A stretch of 64,000 nt of DNA from Pelomyxa schiedti (GCA_020536535.1 JAHLWZ010000853.1:10090-74089); one strand, 5' to 3'. Shown: positions 24,101-37,529, counted from the stretch's first letter. Translations and numbers: made by a program. The notes: generated from the letters alone by a model not told the origin.

Positions 24101-26866
24101 TAACTCAAGACTGACGTACAAGTAGGCTATCTACAATACAAAGTGCTGATAACATCCTTGTTATCGACCATGGCTCCATTGTGGAAAGTGGTACTCACAG
24201 CAGTCTTATTGATAAAAAAGGGTTATACCATCAACTTGTTATGCGACAACAACTTGCTGGTGGATTCGATCTTACAAAGAAGAAATCTCAGAAAAATTCC
24301 CATTCAGAGTCAGCCGTTAGTGACCAGTCTTTAGTAAGTTGATTACCATGAGAATTAAACATAACAGCCTCAGATTGTTGAAGAAGAGATCCTAACTGGT
24401 GACAAGAAAAACCTCGAAGCACAAAATCTCGTCAAAGTATTTGTGGAAGTTATTTTTTTTTTTCCCTCACAACGAAATAGTCTGTACCATTTAGAGTTGT
24501 GATACGAGCATTACTTCTTATGAAACCAACTTGGGGGTGTGCAACTCGCCTCCACATCTACAACTCATTTTGAATAGCCTTCTATTCCTTGGTGTGACTG
24601 CCGCATGCATTTTGGGAGTTCTTTTCCCAGCAATGGCCCTAATTTTCTCTGAGATGGTGAACGTTCTTGTCAGTTTCTTGGGAATGACTCCTGAGGAATA
24701 CAAGGTATGTGAATTAACTGTATTTCTGTCCTCACCCTTTTCACTCTTTGGAATAGGATAAAGTGCTATTCTGGGTGGTAGGGTTCATTATCTTGGGAGT
24801 GACGTTCTTTTTGGTGTTATTTACACAGTCTTCTTGCATGTCTATCAATTCAGAGACTTTGACAAGACGATTACGGAGCCTGAGCTTTTCTGCCATGTTG
24901 CGGCAAGAAATAGGGTGGTTTGACGATCCACAAAATAGCACTGGCGTATTGACAACGAGGCTTTCAACAGAGGCTACCTTGGTTGATGGTAATTTACCAT
25001 TAAATACACTTCCCCACTTACGAAGTATATAACAAAGCTGCTTCTGGTGGAAGACTGGCCTCTCTTATTCAGTCAATATCTTCCCTTGTTGCAGCTCTTG
25101 GTTTTGCATTTTTCTCATGCTGGCAACTGGCTCTTGCAGTCATCGGCTGTTTTCCCTTTATGGCTGGAGCAAATTATGTGCACATGAAGTTTCTTAACAA
25201 GTATTTCATTATGTTTTCTTTTACAAAATTCTTTTCCTCTAACTCCAACAGTAATAGCGCCAATATGAAGAAAGCGTATGAAGATTCCGGGCAGGTTGCC
25301 TGGCAAGCTGTTGATGGCATAAGAACCGTTGCTATGATCGGCCAAGAAAAGACATTTATTCAACGTTATTCAAAGGAGTTGGAAAAGCCCATTACACAAG
25401 GTACTACATATTTTTTCCTTTGTTGTCACTGAAACATATTGTAGGAAGGAGGGCTGCAATTGCCAACGCTGTTGGTGTAGGAGTGAAAAAAACCTTCACT
25501 TATGGAATTTCTATGGTCGTTTTCTATTATGGAGGCATCCTCGTCAATGATGGTAAAGCAACTTTTGATGATCTAATCAAGGTAACCTTAAAGCAGCGGA
25601 AAGTTCGCTTAAGTGATAAATAGGTGATGATGTGCATAATGATGGGAACTGCAGTTTTTGTAATGTCCGCAATAGCACCGGACTACTCTAAGGCCAAGTT
25701 GGCTGCATATCACATTTTCAAGCTTTTGGACAGAATACCACTAATTGACATAACCCGAGATGGGGGTGACACACTTGTGAGCAAGTGAATGCATTCTTCC
25801 TTAAACTGATTCCTTTTCCTACAGAGCGAAGTCAAAGGATGCATCTGCTTTAAAAATGTATCGTTTTCGTACCCCACAAGGCCAGGAACTGTGGTGCTCG
25901 ACGACTTTTCCCTCCAGGTTCCTGCTGGTGCTAGAGTTGCTCTTGTAGGGACTAGCGGGTTTGTGGCACCTTGTTACCGCCAATCTTACGCTGTGTAGTT
26001 GCGGAAAAACTACAGTTATATCCCTCCTCGAACGGTTCTACGATGTTTCCTCAGGAAGTATCATGTTGGATAATTCTGACCTGCAATCCTTAAACATTCA
26101 GTGGCTCCGTAGCCAGGTAAATAGGCAACCATAATTAGTTGGCATTGACACACCTGTAAGATTGGACTTGTAAGCCAAGAGCCTGTCCTTTTTGGTTGTA
26201 GTATAAAGGAAAACATTGCACGAGGTCTTCCATCTGGTTCAGCTACAATGGAACAAATAATTGATGCTGCCAAAGATGCCAATGCACATGATTTCATTAT
26301 GGCTCTTCCTAAGAAATATGGTATTTTTTTTATCACACCCAGAGTCCCTGTCCTGACATGTATTTTTCAAATAGACACATACGTTGGAGAGAAGGGCACC
26401 CAGCTATCTGGAGGGCAAAAGCAGGTTCTTTTATTTTGTATTTGAAATTTGAAATAGTAAAAGTAATGGTTCACCAGAGAATCGCTATTGCTCGAGCTTT
26501 GATACGCAATCCCAAGATACTACTGTTGGATGAGGCTACCAGTGCCCTGGATACAGAAAGTGAGGCTGCGGTTCAGGTACAGTGCCTTCATGTACCTCAT
26601 TGTCCCTCATTCTTTCAACAGGAAGCCTTAGAACGGGTTCACCAAGGCAGAACCACTATTGTAGTTGCACACCGGCTGTCCACGGTTCAGAATTCAGACC
26701 AGATTATCGTGTGCTATCACTTTGCCCTATCCAAACGTCCCACTTATACTACCCAAAGGTCATTTCAAAAGGCAAAGTTGTAGAAACAGGCACACACCAA
26801 CAACTCCTTGAAATTGGGGGAGAGTATGCCCGGTTGGCAAACAACCAAGCACTTTTCACGGAATGA
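21174..26866 (+). CDS. Full-length ABCB (MDR/P-glycoprotein) transporter, TMD-NBD-TMD-NBD
   Basis: Two NBDs: GPSGCGKS and [22 protein letters not shown] twice, [12 protein letters not shown] twice, IAHRLST and VAHRLST. TMD motifs QEIGWHD and RQEIGWFDD. Confidence 0.95.
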
Positions 26867-27072
26867 AATTTAAAAGCAAAAGCAAACAAACAAAATATTT
26901 CATTTTGATTTACCTTTTGTTTGGTACCCACTATGTCGAAGTTACAATGAAACCCCTGCGTGGATGCCAAAGTGGTTTTTAAGAACAAGGGATCTTGAGT
27001 TCCACATAACTGCTATTATTTTCTCGAGCCTTGTCTTGTATTGTTCTTGGGCATTTCCAGTGGAAGTTACAA

Positions 27073-27664
27073 ATGAGGAGCACTGTAAAAATTTTAATGA
27101 TCTTGGTTATGGCTTGGTGTGTGGCCTCTAAGGACCAGTGGTGGGAAAATTGTGGCACCAAATCTGACCACGCAAAGGCTTGAATGCATTTTCATATAAA
27201 AAAATATGCTCACAACAGCAAAGTTAGTGGATCTTGAGACATCTCCCGAGAAGCCAAAGTGGGGCCAGGACTTCACTGTTGACATTACACTAGATCTTGG
27301 TAGCGTTCAAAAATAGAATACCCCAAGTGGCACTAATCCATCGTAGATGAAACCGTCAATGATGGCGTTGTTATTGCAAACATGACATGGAACAGGATTG
27401 CGCTCCTACCTACAACGTCGTTCCCCCTATGTACTAGTGGTATTCCCGGAATCAAGTGTCCGATGGAACAAGGCAGAATTCACAGAGTCGAGACTGTCAA
27501 GGTTCCATCATATTTCCCCAAGGTTGTGTCCCCCATTCCCATAGTTACACTGCCTGCCATCTGACTGCTTTCCCCAGGGTCAGTATGACGCTTACGTAGT
27601 CGCCAGAGATGAAAAGTCAGAACAACTGGGATGTGTCCACATCAAGCTTGAACTCACAGACTGA
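27073..27664 (+). CDS. ML (MD-2-related lipid recognition/NPC2-like) domain protein
   Basis: Signal peptide MRSTVKILMILVMAWCVA, then WENCG..SPEKPKWGQDFTVDI..LCTSGIPGIKCPMEQG..VPSYFPK..LGCVHIKLE. TGA at 27662-27664. Confidence 0.8.
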
Positions 27665-27862
27665 CTCCCCGCCGTCGAGTGACGTAGAAAAATTTTTAAA
27701 TTTTCCCACATGATCTCACCTCTGTGTGCCATTTTTTTTGCGGTTTTTCTTAGTTGTCTGGTTCCCAGCCATTTATACATTGTCTGTCGGGTATGCCCAT
27801 TTTCTTCTTTATTCCAAAGTTGTAGAAGTTCCTGCTTGTGTTACATACTCACTAGTACAAAA

Positions 27863-28708
27863 ATGTTCAAGGGGAAGAAGAATAACAAGAACAACAAGAA
27901 GGGGGGCAAGAAGTCTAGCCACACTGAGAAAAACAACAACTCCAAGGTGGCACAGCAGCAACCAATGGGAAATGGCCATGCCGCTTCGAAGCCCAACAAG
28001 AACGACAACTCTAGTGCTGGGAGCGTGAACGCCAACGTGCCTGTTGTTGCTGCCGCTGAAGGGTCTACTATTGCCGCCACGTCAACGTCGCCTTTGGTGC
28101 CCCCGGCGCCCAAGAGGGACCTGGCCAAGGAGATGGAGGAAATGGCTGAGGCTCTGCAGGCTCTGCGACTAAAGAACGAGGAGGCAGAGGCCCAGGTTCG
28201 CGCCGCCCAAGAAAACGCCGACAAGCTGGTTGCCGTGTACGAGGCCAAGTTGGACTCGGCGTCGTCTGGCCGCGCCCAGGCCCTCACTGAGATGGAGGAG
28301 AGGCACAAGAGGGAGCTCATGGCCAGTGACGAGGCGCACGCGGTGGAGATGAACGAGCTGCGAGAGGCCATGGAGGTGCAGAGGCAGAGGCAGGAGGCCA
28401 AGTGCGCCGAGGCGCAGGGCCGGGTGCAGGAGCTAGAGGCCCAGCTGTGCGTGCAGGGCGAGCGCCTCAGGGGTGCCAGGTCAAAGGTGCGTGCCTTGGT
28501 GGAGAGGGAGAACGAGACTGCAAAGGTGCTGTGTGAGGTGCGCGACGAGATGGAGAAGGCCGCCACTGGGGCCTCGTTCATTGGCAGGACAAGGGCCTAC
28601 AAGTCGACCGGTATGTCTGGCGCTTTTTCCTTTTTTGTCCTCCCATAACTTTGTATTGCAGCTGACACCAATGTGCTTAACCCAATGCCTATTGTTGACC
28701 ACGTCTGA
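27863..28708 (+). CDS. Hypothetical coiled-coil protein with K/N-rich N-terminus
   Basis: Long GC-rich ORF MFKGKKNN.. with E/A/R heptads. One intron near 28611-28660, then TGA at 28706-28708. Confidence 0.6.
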
Positions 28709-28825
28709 GGAGCACCGCGCTTTCTGCCTGGAGTGAAATAGAAAAGCAAACAATTCTTTTTTATCAACAATCCCCTGCACAAAAAGTTCAGAGTCGTCTT
28801 CAGATCATTTCATAAAAACAATAAA

Positions 28826-31395
28826 ATGTCGTTTGGATCTTTTGTGGTGTTAACGGGCACTGAGAGGGTGACAATAGTGGCACACAGTGGCGCTGTGCCG
28901 TCCCCGGTCGTGGTTATCGATCGTGCAAGTGGGGAGATCTCGCTGTCCGATGTCGCTCCCTCGGGTTGTTCGGTTTTATATACGCGTTTTCCATGTCGAC
29001 TCAATGTGATTAACTCTATCTTTTTCTATAGACTCCGAGTTGAGTGGCACACCCGCCGTTGGTCTCAGGGGTATCGTTGGTATCGTTCGTCTTTTATCAG
29101 GTTAGCACTTCGTTATCTTTTGTCCCTCTTGTAATGTATCTGTGAAGGCCCTTACATCATCGGTATTACTGCTTGTGACCTTGTTGGGACTGTATGTGGC
29201 CAAGAGATCTTCAAAATCACAGCAACAAAACTCATAAAGTGTGGTCGCTCGGAAGACGAGAAAGTTGTCTTGCCCCTTCTCTTTTCTTCTGTCACATATT
29301 CATTCTCCGTAGTCCAGAGATGAGGCTATCTATGTCCGCATGTTGCAGCAAATACTTAATGTCAAGTCATTTTACTTCACATACTCTGGAACAGTGCTCA
29401 CACTCACAGCCCAGCAACGAGAGACCCTCACCTCTCAGGGTAAACATATGGAACCTGCTTGGAAAACAGTATGTCACGTGTTACGTGTTTAACACTTACA
29501 TTCGAAAAGGCTGATGAACGTTTCTTCTGGAACAAACACCTTCTTTCCTTTTTCATTCAACACAACTTGGACTCTTGGATCATACCAATAATGATGGGGT
29601 GTATCCTTTTTCCTTTAGAGACGTGTACAATTACAGTTCCTTGACTCTGGCAGATATAGAATGTGTAGATTGCGCAGTGGACGGAAAATCCTTCCAGTTT
29701 GTCCTCATTTCTAGAAGGAACCACAAACGAGCCGGTACATATGGAAATAGCTGATCTGATCTTCCACAGATTTCGTGACTTTGTAAAAAAAAAGGTACCA
29801 GATGGAACATGAGGGGCATAGATGAAGAGGGATCCGTTGCCAACAATGTGGAAACAGAACAGTGCATAGTATACAATAACTCTGTATGCAAGCACTATTG
29901 CAGTAGTATTTTCTAAAAGCAATAACCTCCAGATTGTTGCCTCTTATGTGCAAACTAGAGGTTCTATTCCACTGTTTTGGACTCAGAAACCCACTTTGGC
30001 CTACAAACCTCCTCCAACACTTTCGCGACCTTTAGATGCAGCGGTTAGCGGACTTATAGTTTTCTCCCAGTCCTAGATTAAACTTCTTACAAACAGATGC
30101 CTGCCTGCATAAAACATTTTGAAGAACAAATGAGGCTTCATGGGGACCAAGTTTGCATAAACCTCGTGGATCAAAAAGGCAAAGAACTCATTTTAGCACA
30201 AAACTACAACGCAGCTGTAACGAAGATGGCAAACCCCAAGATCAAGTTACTTATTTTCTACAGGTACTGATGCAATACTCTAATTTACTTGCACAGATAC
30301 GTTGCCTTTGACTTCCATAAGCATGGGTCAAAAAATCTTCATCTTCTCATGGAGCAAATTAAAACCGAAATTGATTCCTTCGGGTATGTAACTCACTCGT
30401 TAGTTATCCAGTAATTTCTCCTGAAAAGTTACTTCCTTGCACCACTTTCGCATGGGACAGTAGAGCAAGTGCAGTCTGGCGCTTTTAGGACGAATTGTGT
30501 TGACAACTTAGACAGGACAAATGTAGTTCAGGTGTGGCTCAGTAATTTTTATTTCTTCCCGGCATGCACATCCACTTACTGAGAGTGCAGAGCATGATAG
30601 GTTTCGCAGTGCTACAAAAACAACTTACTCGCCTTGGTATTATTCCTGGGGTTTCGTTGCCCACAAACTCTTCCTTTATACCAATCTTCAAGAACGGTAA
30701 TTTGTCCACATCGTTCCAAACACTTACTGTTGTGTCTCAGTTTGGGCAAATAACGCCAATGCACTAAGTACTCAGTATTCTGGAACTTGTGCTTTGAAGA
30801 ATGATATAACAAGGTTCCAACCCGCGGGCTTTGGCCTTGTATGAATGACTTGTATATTCTAGAACTGGCAAAAGAACCCTGATGGGAATGAAGGATGACG
30901 GGATGAATTCGCTGACTCGTTATTACCTCAACAATTTCTCTGATGGGTATACACAGGTAGTACTAAATCTTTTTTTTTGTCTTGTTTTTAACGATCCTTT
31001 TATGCCCCTGGCAGGATGCTTACAACCTCTTTTTGGGTCTCCACCAACCGAGGAAAGGCCAAGAATCCCCCTTTGATACATCATCAACTTTCCTGGTAAT
31101 TTTCATTTGCTTTGATTCCCTTCTACAATGGAGTCAAAATAATCATCTCCAGATCCGGATGCTTTTATTTATCCTTGTGGCGGTTGTGTGCTTGTGGGTA
31201 GTTCCAAACAGTATGTTCCCCATAACTCCTCAGCATACTTCCCACCTAATACAACACACAGACTACTCTCTGACACACCGTTTCCTGCTGACCATTGTTG
31301 CCCTTCTTTTTGTGTACTTTGTTGCCAAGAAGAACCGGGGCAAGCTAGTGAATGTCCCCAGGCTACCTCTCAATGCCAAGGCTAAGTCCTTATAA
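28826..31395 (+). CDS. SAC1: Phosphatidylinositide phosphatase SAC1
   Basis: [68 protein letters not shown] (CX5R), [14 protein letters not shown], two C-terminal TM segments, VNVPRL. Confidence 0.93.
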
Positions 31396-31630
31396 GAAAA
31401 AAGCACCCAAAATAAAGGACCCTCACACATTATTTCTTTTTTTTTTTTTTGTCTGTTATGGCTGTGACCTACCATCCCCAAACACAGCTCCTTGTGCACT
31501 CACCCACGGGAGTGCAGAGTACCCAACAGGGACACCCCTTCTCGTACAGGCAGGTTCCGGAATTTCAACTGACCTGTTATGTGAACCTTTTTCTCCTTCG
31601 TTCAGGTTCCCAGAACACAAGGAAAAATCC

Positions 31631-33527
31631 ATGTCGGGAGCGGGGCCGTCTTTGGGCAGCGACGAGGGCGCGAACGTGCCGCCGCCGTCGCAACCTCCAC
31701 CGGGCTACGACGGGCGCGACGACGACGTCGCAGTGCCGGTGGCCCACCACCATCACCACCACGATCACGAGCACTACGGGGCCGAGTCGCCGCAGACGCC
31801 TGACGGTGGGAGGCCCGACGAAGGCATGGTGAGGGCCGACGAGGAGAAGAGAGGGAGTTATGGGACGGGTGGCGGCGCTTCTGGGGCACCAGTGAAGCAG
31901 CCGCTGAATTCCGAGAAAGTGCCTCTTGTGGAGAAGCCACGTGCAATGAGGCACTTCAAGCGATCTGTATTCGGGTCTGTCTGATTATTGCGGTCATTTC
32001 AAATTTTAGAAATAACACACACACAAAAAAAAAACAGATGGTTGTGCTTTGGCCTTGTTTGGAGTGAGTCATTTCTCTCAGTACTGTTATCAAATAGCTA
32101 ACTCACAGCACAGATATTCTAAACACTGCTGTCTTCGCAACACTGTATGAACCAATGCTTATAATTAATAACCACTTATAACTTGCAACAAGCACACAAC
32201 CTCCCTGAAATGGAAAAAAGGTATCCAAAAATCTTGCAGACAATAGATGAGAACTATGTGTCTGACTTCAGCACTGCCAACATGATTACCACGCTCCTCT
32301 CATCTTTCCTTCTGCCACCTCTTGGGAGCCTTGCTGACCAGATGAAGCAGGTCTGTTTGTTGTAGTCTTTCATTTCCATTCTCTTCGAACTTCCCCCTTA
32401 AAGGCTGCGTAATTAGGTCAGGAGATGGATGTTTGCCACTGAATTGGTGGGAATTGCCCTGTGCTACGTGTTTCTACCCATGACGTACCTCAACTCCCCA
32501 ACAGCACAGATTGTTCTTGCGCAGATCCTCTACACTCTCACATTATTCTTCCTCCGAGTGGCAGTCATGGACAACAACGCACTGTTAAATTGCTTCCCTG
32601 ATGCACATCGAACGACTCTGTCCCTTCTCACCAACTTCATTGGTTTTGGTGCTGCTTTCCTGAGCCTCTTCATCCTTTTCCTTCTCACCAAGGGTGATGA
32701 TCCTCCACTTTCCAATGTTGCTCTTGTTTTCATCTTCGCACTTGTTGTGACCGTCATAGCACTCTTCACATACCTGGCTCCTTCTGATGCAGTTCCTCTC
32801 CGTGAGAAACAATCCTTCGGCAAAGTGGTTATCAAGTCATTTCAAAGAATGGGAACAACTTTTCTGGCATTGAAGAATAAGCCCGAGTACCGGAAAATCG
32901 CTTACTTTCTCCTCGCATACCTGTTCTACTCTACATCTGGAACAGTCTTTACGATCTATGTGATCACTTTTTTCATTGACCTTTATGGCGTGGATACAAA
33001 TCAAAGCGTTGAGATTAATATGTGTTACTTGGTTTGCATTCCCTTCCTCAACGAGTGAATCCGCTAATTTTCTGCAGCTGGCCAGTTTCTTTGGAACTCT
33101 AATTGGGATGCTCTACAAGAAGTTCATTGGTGATCATGAAATTTGGACTCTGCTCATCCAGAACTGTCTTTTCTTGGTCTTATTTATTATTCTGTTCCTC
33201 AGTTATATATGGGACTGGGGGATTTATGCCAGTCTTGGAATATCTCTTGGAATCAGCCTGAATTATGCATGGAATGCCGGTCTCTCACGAGGCTACTTAT
33301 TTAAAATCACACCCGGGGACAAACGCGGCGAGTTCAGCGGGTTCTACAGCACATTCACATACCTTGGAATCAGTATTGTGAGCGGCGTGTTTGTCATAAT
33401 GACCAACTGTGATGTTGGAACCCAGTGGCTTCTTCCACTCTTAGCCTCATTTTCACTGCCCTCCTATATTTTCTTCTTCCTGTTGATATGGACACAGAGA
33501 CAAGAATCCAAAAATACTGTCAACTAA
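31631..33527 (+). CDS. MFS transporter, Atg22/UMF1-like
   Basis: About 12 hydrophobic helices; PPLGSLAD, NNALL, YFLLAYLFY, SRGYLFKITPGDKRGEFSGFYS. Confidence 0.75.
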
Positions 33528-33711
33528 GCCCAAATAAATAAACCCAACCACACACCAACCATCTCACCACGTTACACTGCAGGAAAGAAAGACTGAAACG
33601 GCATTCATTGAATCACATTTCACCTGAATCTCTAGAGAAAGAATCAATTCTCGACTTTTGTTGTTTTTTTTACGGAGTTCGGTTTTTTTTCCCCGTTTTC
33701 GTTTCTGATTG

Positions 33712-36700
33712 ATGGAGGCGATTAAAATTGTGGCCGTAGGTAGGAACAGTCTCCACCACCTTTAAAGCATTTTGCGTCATAGTGATGCAATTGTGCAGGT
33801 GATGGTGCAGTTGGCAAGACATGCATGTATATTAGTTATTCAACAGGGGCATTCCCTTCGGGTCTGTCAGATTGCCTTTTGTTTTAATTCCATTCTTTTT
33901 GGTGAACAAAATAACTTACGTGCCCTTTTGGGGTTTTTTCCCTGTGGCTCCATGACAGAATATGTGCCCACAGTATGTTCCCTTCCTTTCACTCTTGGTC
34001 TTAACTGGACTTCAGGTTTTTGACAACTACGTGGTAAATGTAACGATCAATGGCAAACCTTGCAGCGTTGGATTATGGGTTAGTGATCACTGTCTTGTAC
34101 CTTTCCCTTACCAAACAAAATGTAGGATACAGCAGGCCAAGAAGAGTATGATAGACTCAGACCCCTCTCGTATGCAAGACTGAGACAAATAACGTATTGA
34201 ACCGAAAAAAGCTTACTGTTCCATCAGATATGCTGGCACCTCGTGCTTCCTCGTTGTTTACAGTATTACAAACCGATGGTCTTTCAACAATCTGTTCAAG
34301 TGGATATCTGAGTTTCAACACTATTGTGGAGCAAACCAAAAATTTGTCTTGGTAGGAAATAAATTAGATTTGGAGCACCTTCGACAAGTACGAGAGTTAT
34401 TGTGAACTACTTAATTACTCTTCAAGTTAGGTACCTACACAAGAGGCAAGGGATTTTGCTGACAAATATGGGGTCCCTTTCTTTGAAGTATCGGCGCTGA
34501 CCCAACAAAACCTTAAAGTTGCATTCGATGAAATGATAAGTTGTACTAACTGTTTTTATATTTGAAAATTAACAAACCCTAGAACTGGCCTGCAGAACAG
34601 GGGGAGCCCCAAGGCGGCCACGTAAGAAACCATGTTGCTTATGCTTTGCTCCCCCACCAAAAAATGAGAAGCCTACTGACATGCACCATGACTCTGTAAG
34701 TTAGTTCACTTACACTGCATAGTTTCTTATAGAAATAGATTTGGTGTTTGGAAGTGTCTCCCCCTTATTTGTACAGTGGCGGACGCGACAAGAAGCTATG
34801 GTGTTGGGATATTGCATCAGGACGATGTGTAGCTGCTTTGGAAGGCCATACTGGTCAAATATTTCAAATTGTGCGCTTACACGAATTTTCCCTTGCCAAC
34901 TCTTCTAGATAGCAAACGACGTGTATGTTTTCACCTGCTCTTCTGATGGCAGCATAAAAAGATGGTACAATCTAGGTGATACTGCCTTTGTGGAGATTGA
35001 TCATTCACCTTGATGCTAGGATATTCCGGTGAAATGAACCATAGTGATTATGCCAACTGCATGCAAATCGTTGGGAATACACTATTTTCTGGATCCAATG
35101 ACAAAACGGTAGCATCCTGGGATAAGGGTACATGCGCTCGAACTAGAACCTATGTCGGTAGTAGTGCAGCCATAAATACACTACAAGTGGTACGTACCAG
35201 GCAAATTGACTCCTTCTGATTCTTCTAGGTGGGGGATTTCATATGGACTGGCTGTGCTGATGGAAAAATACGAGTATGGAAGTTGAACTACCCCGACTTG
35301 TATGACGAATTTGAAGGTCATACTGCCTCTGTAAACCGTAAGCTAGGAGAGTTTTGAAGTAGTATTGTTTCTCACCATTCTTGTTAAAAAGAGATGTTAC
35401 AGTGTCATGGAGATGGAACAGTTGTGGTATCTGGTGATGCAGCGGGAGGCCTTAGGGTTTGGAATACGTGTGTTAGTTTTCACGTAACTTCATCTTATGA
35501 TTTACCAGAACCGAACCCAGTCTCCGGCACACTCTAAATCCGCATAATGAAGCAATTAATTATATGTGTGTCAGTGGGAAAGTACTTTACACAGCTTCCA
35601 GAGGTTCTGTTCCTTCGCTCCCCTTTTCCAATGTCTCTTCTGTAGTAATCTTGGGTTATATCTTTTATAGATAGGACAGCTCGAGCATATAAACCACATG
35701 TAGGTCAGCTTTTGCGCGTTTTCCAGGGACACACTGCTACTGTGAGATCCTGTGGTGCTGCTCATGGACTCCTTGTCACGTACTTCCCTTAAAAACAACA
35801 TTATTTAGTTTTAACCCGTTAAAGGGGTGGAACAGATAAGACTATAAGATGTTACAAGCCAGATGGAACGATAAAATGGGCATACGATGGACACGAAGAT
35901 TGTACGGTGCAGACTTAATTTCGTAATTTTAACCCTCCCAGATATCAACCGAATTTATGTAAATTCGGACTCTGCGTATACAGCATCACGAGATTGTACT
36001 ATTCGAAGATGGAGACTGAAGGATGGGAAGCTATTAAGAGTATTTTTTTTTTTTGGGCAAAGACACCCCTGTGAACTTTGAAAGGTGTTCGCAAATACCA
36101 GAACAAGAATTTCAAATGAATGGACCCCACCATTTGAAATTATTGTTGGGCTTGTAATGATATTTGTGGAATTTGTGCAACTCACTGCCTTTGCGTTTTC
36201 ATCTGGAATACCGTGGTGGGCAAAGCATCCACTTATTAAAATCGCATCACCTTTGCAGCTGAATTTTTCATTTATCGATTGGTCGGCATTTTTTCTTCCA
36301 CTGTATGTCTCTCAACAACCTTTCTTTCTATCTTATCTCCAATAGGTACATATTATCTTCCATTGGCATTGTACTATTTGAAATCGCCTTTGCGTATGTA
36401 CTTAATGCTTTTAAAAAGTGGATTGGAGCTAAGTTCTATTCAAGTTTCAGCAGCAGAATCGTGGGGAGTGACGATTACGCCTTGAAAAAAAATTTGTGGT
36501 ATCCATCGTGTTTCATCTGCTGGCTAATGTCCACAGTTTGCTTCATACCAGCAGTTCGAAGCATAATTTCTGTAAGAATCGACACTAATGTAAACTCACC
36601 ACTGAAGATTTTATCTTGTATTTTGTAGGCCCTGCCCTGCTATGATTCCGTTATCCCCAGCAGTGATATTACGTGTTGGAGTGGCGCCCATATAACCTTA

Positions 36701-37471
36701 TTCATCCTGGCGTTCCCGTTAATTGCAGGTTTGGCATATTAGGTTGGCTTCTAATCCATCCGTGTTTCATTAGGGTACCTCCCTCTCAGTCTTCGAATGT
36801 CCACTGTTGATGGCAGTCTATCCAGAGTCGCAGTGTACATGTGGAAAGATTGGTCTAATGATAAGCCTGACACAAGGCGCCTTCATATTTTGTCCCACAG
36901 ATCATTAGCATCAAATCGCATGTTTCTGTTGATCAACTTCTTCACCACTGTTGCCTCAGTATTTCTTGGCTACGCAGGTATTAATTTAACTTCTTGTTTG
37001 AAGAGTAACGAACACAGAATCCGATGTAAGTACTTCATCTTCAGGTGACGGGACACTCTCTCACAAAGATTGGGGTCTCCTTTTGGCACTTGTGGCAGTA
37101 CTTATTGTGTCTGCTTTGTCGTTATCTCTTTCCGTTTTAAAGGTAAAGATATACATATATTGATAACTTGGCTCGGCCAACAAATAATTGTGTAGAGTCC
37201 GCCCTACTACAACATCCACATCAACTCCATGAGGTTATCACTTCTTCTAACGGTTTTTTGGACAAGTGTGCCACATCCTTTGTTTCACATTTTAACTTTA
37301 TCTTCTGTGATAATAGATTGCTGTGCTTTGGCTACACTCATTGTAAATGATACCTCCAGTAAAGTGACGAGCGTGGTTCATGTATTGGGGTACCCAGTCG
37401 TTATATGTATTGGAATTATTTTGATGCGGATACGAGCCCACTTCATGGAAGTGAAAGAAAGAAAGATGTAA
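33712..37471 (+). CDS. Fusion protein: Rac/Rho-family GTPase + ~8 WD40 repeats + multi-pass (~8 TM) membrane domain
   Basis: MEAIKIVAVGDGAVGKTCM..EYVPTVFDNY..WDTAGQEEYDRLRPLSY..GNKLDL..EVSALTQQNL. With GT-AG splicing it runs without a stop through RRPRKKPCCLCFAPPP into WD repeats (HHDSIWCL..SGGRDKKLWCWD; GHTGQIF..; SGSNDKTVASWD; TASRDCTIRRW) and then TM helices (IIVGLVMIFVEFVQLTAFAF..ITCWSGAH..PPYYNIHINSMR..), ending TAA at 37471. Confidence 0.72.
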
Positions 37472-37529
37472 CCATTCATCCCAAACCGAATCATCACTCA
37501 ATATCCTTGAAAAACCTAACAGGAATCTA

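Noticed and set aside
30480-30530. SAC1 motif variant CVDNLDRT (N instead of the second C)
   Set aside because: The catalytic CX5R(T) is intact, so this is not evidence of inactivation.
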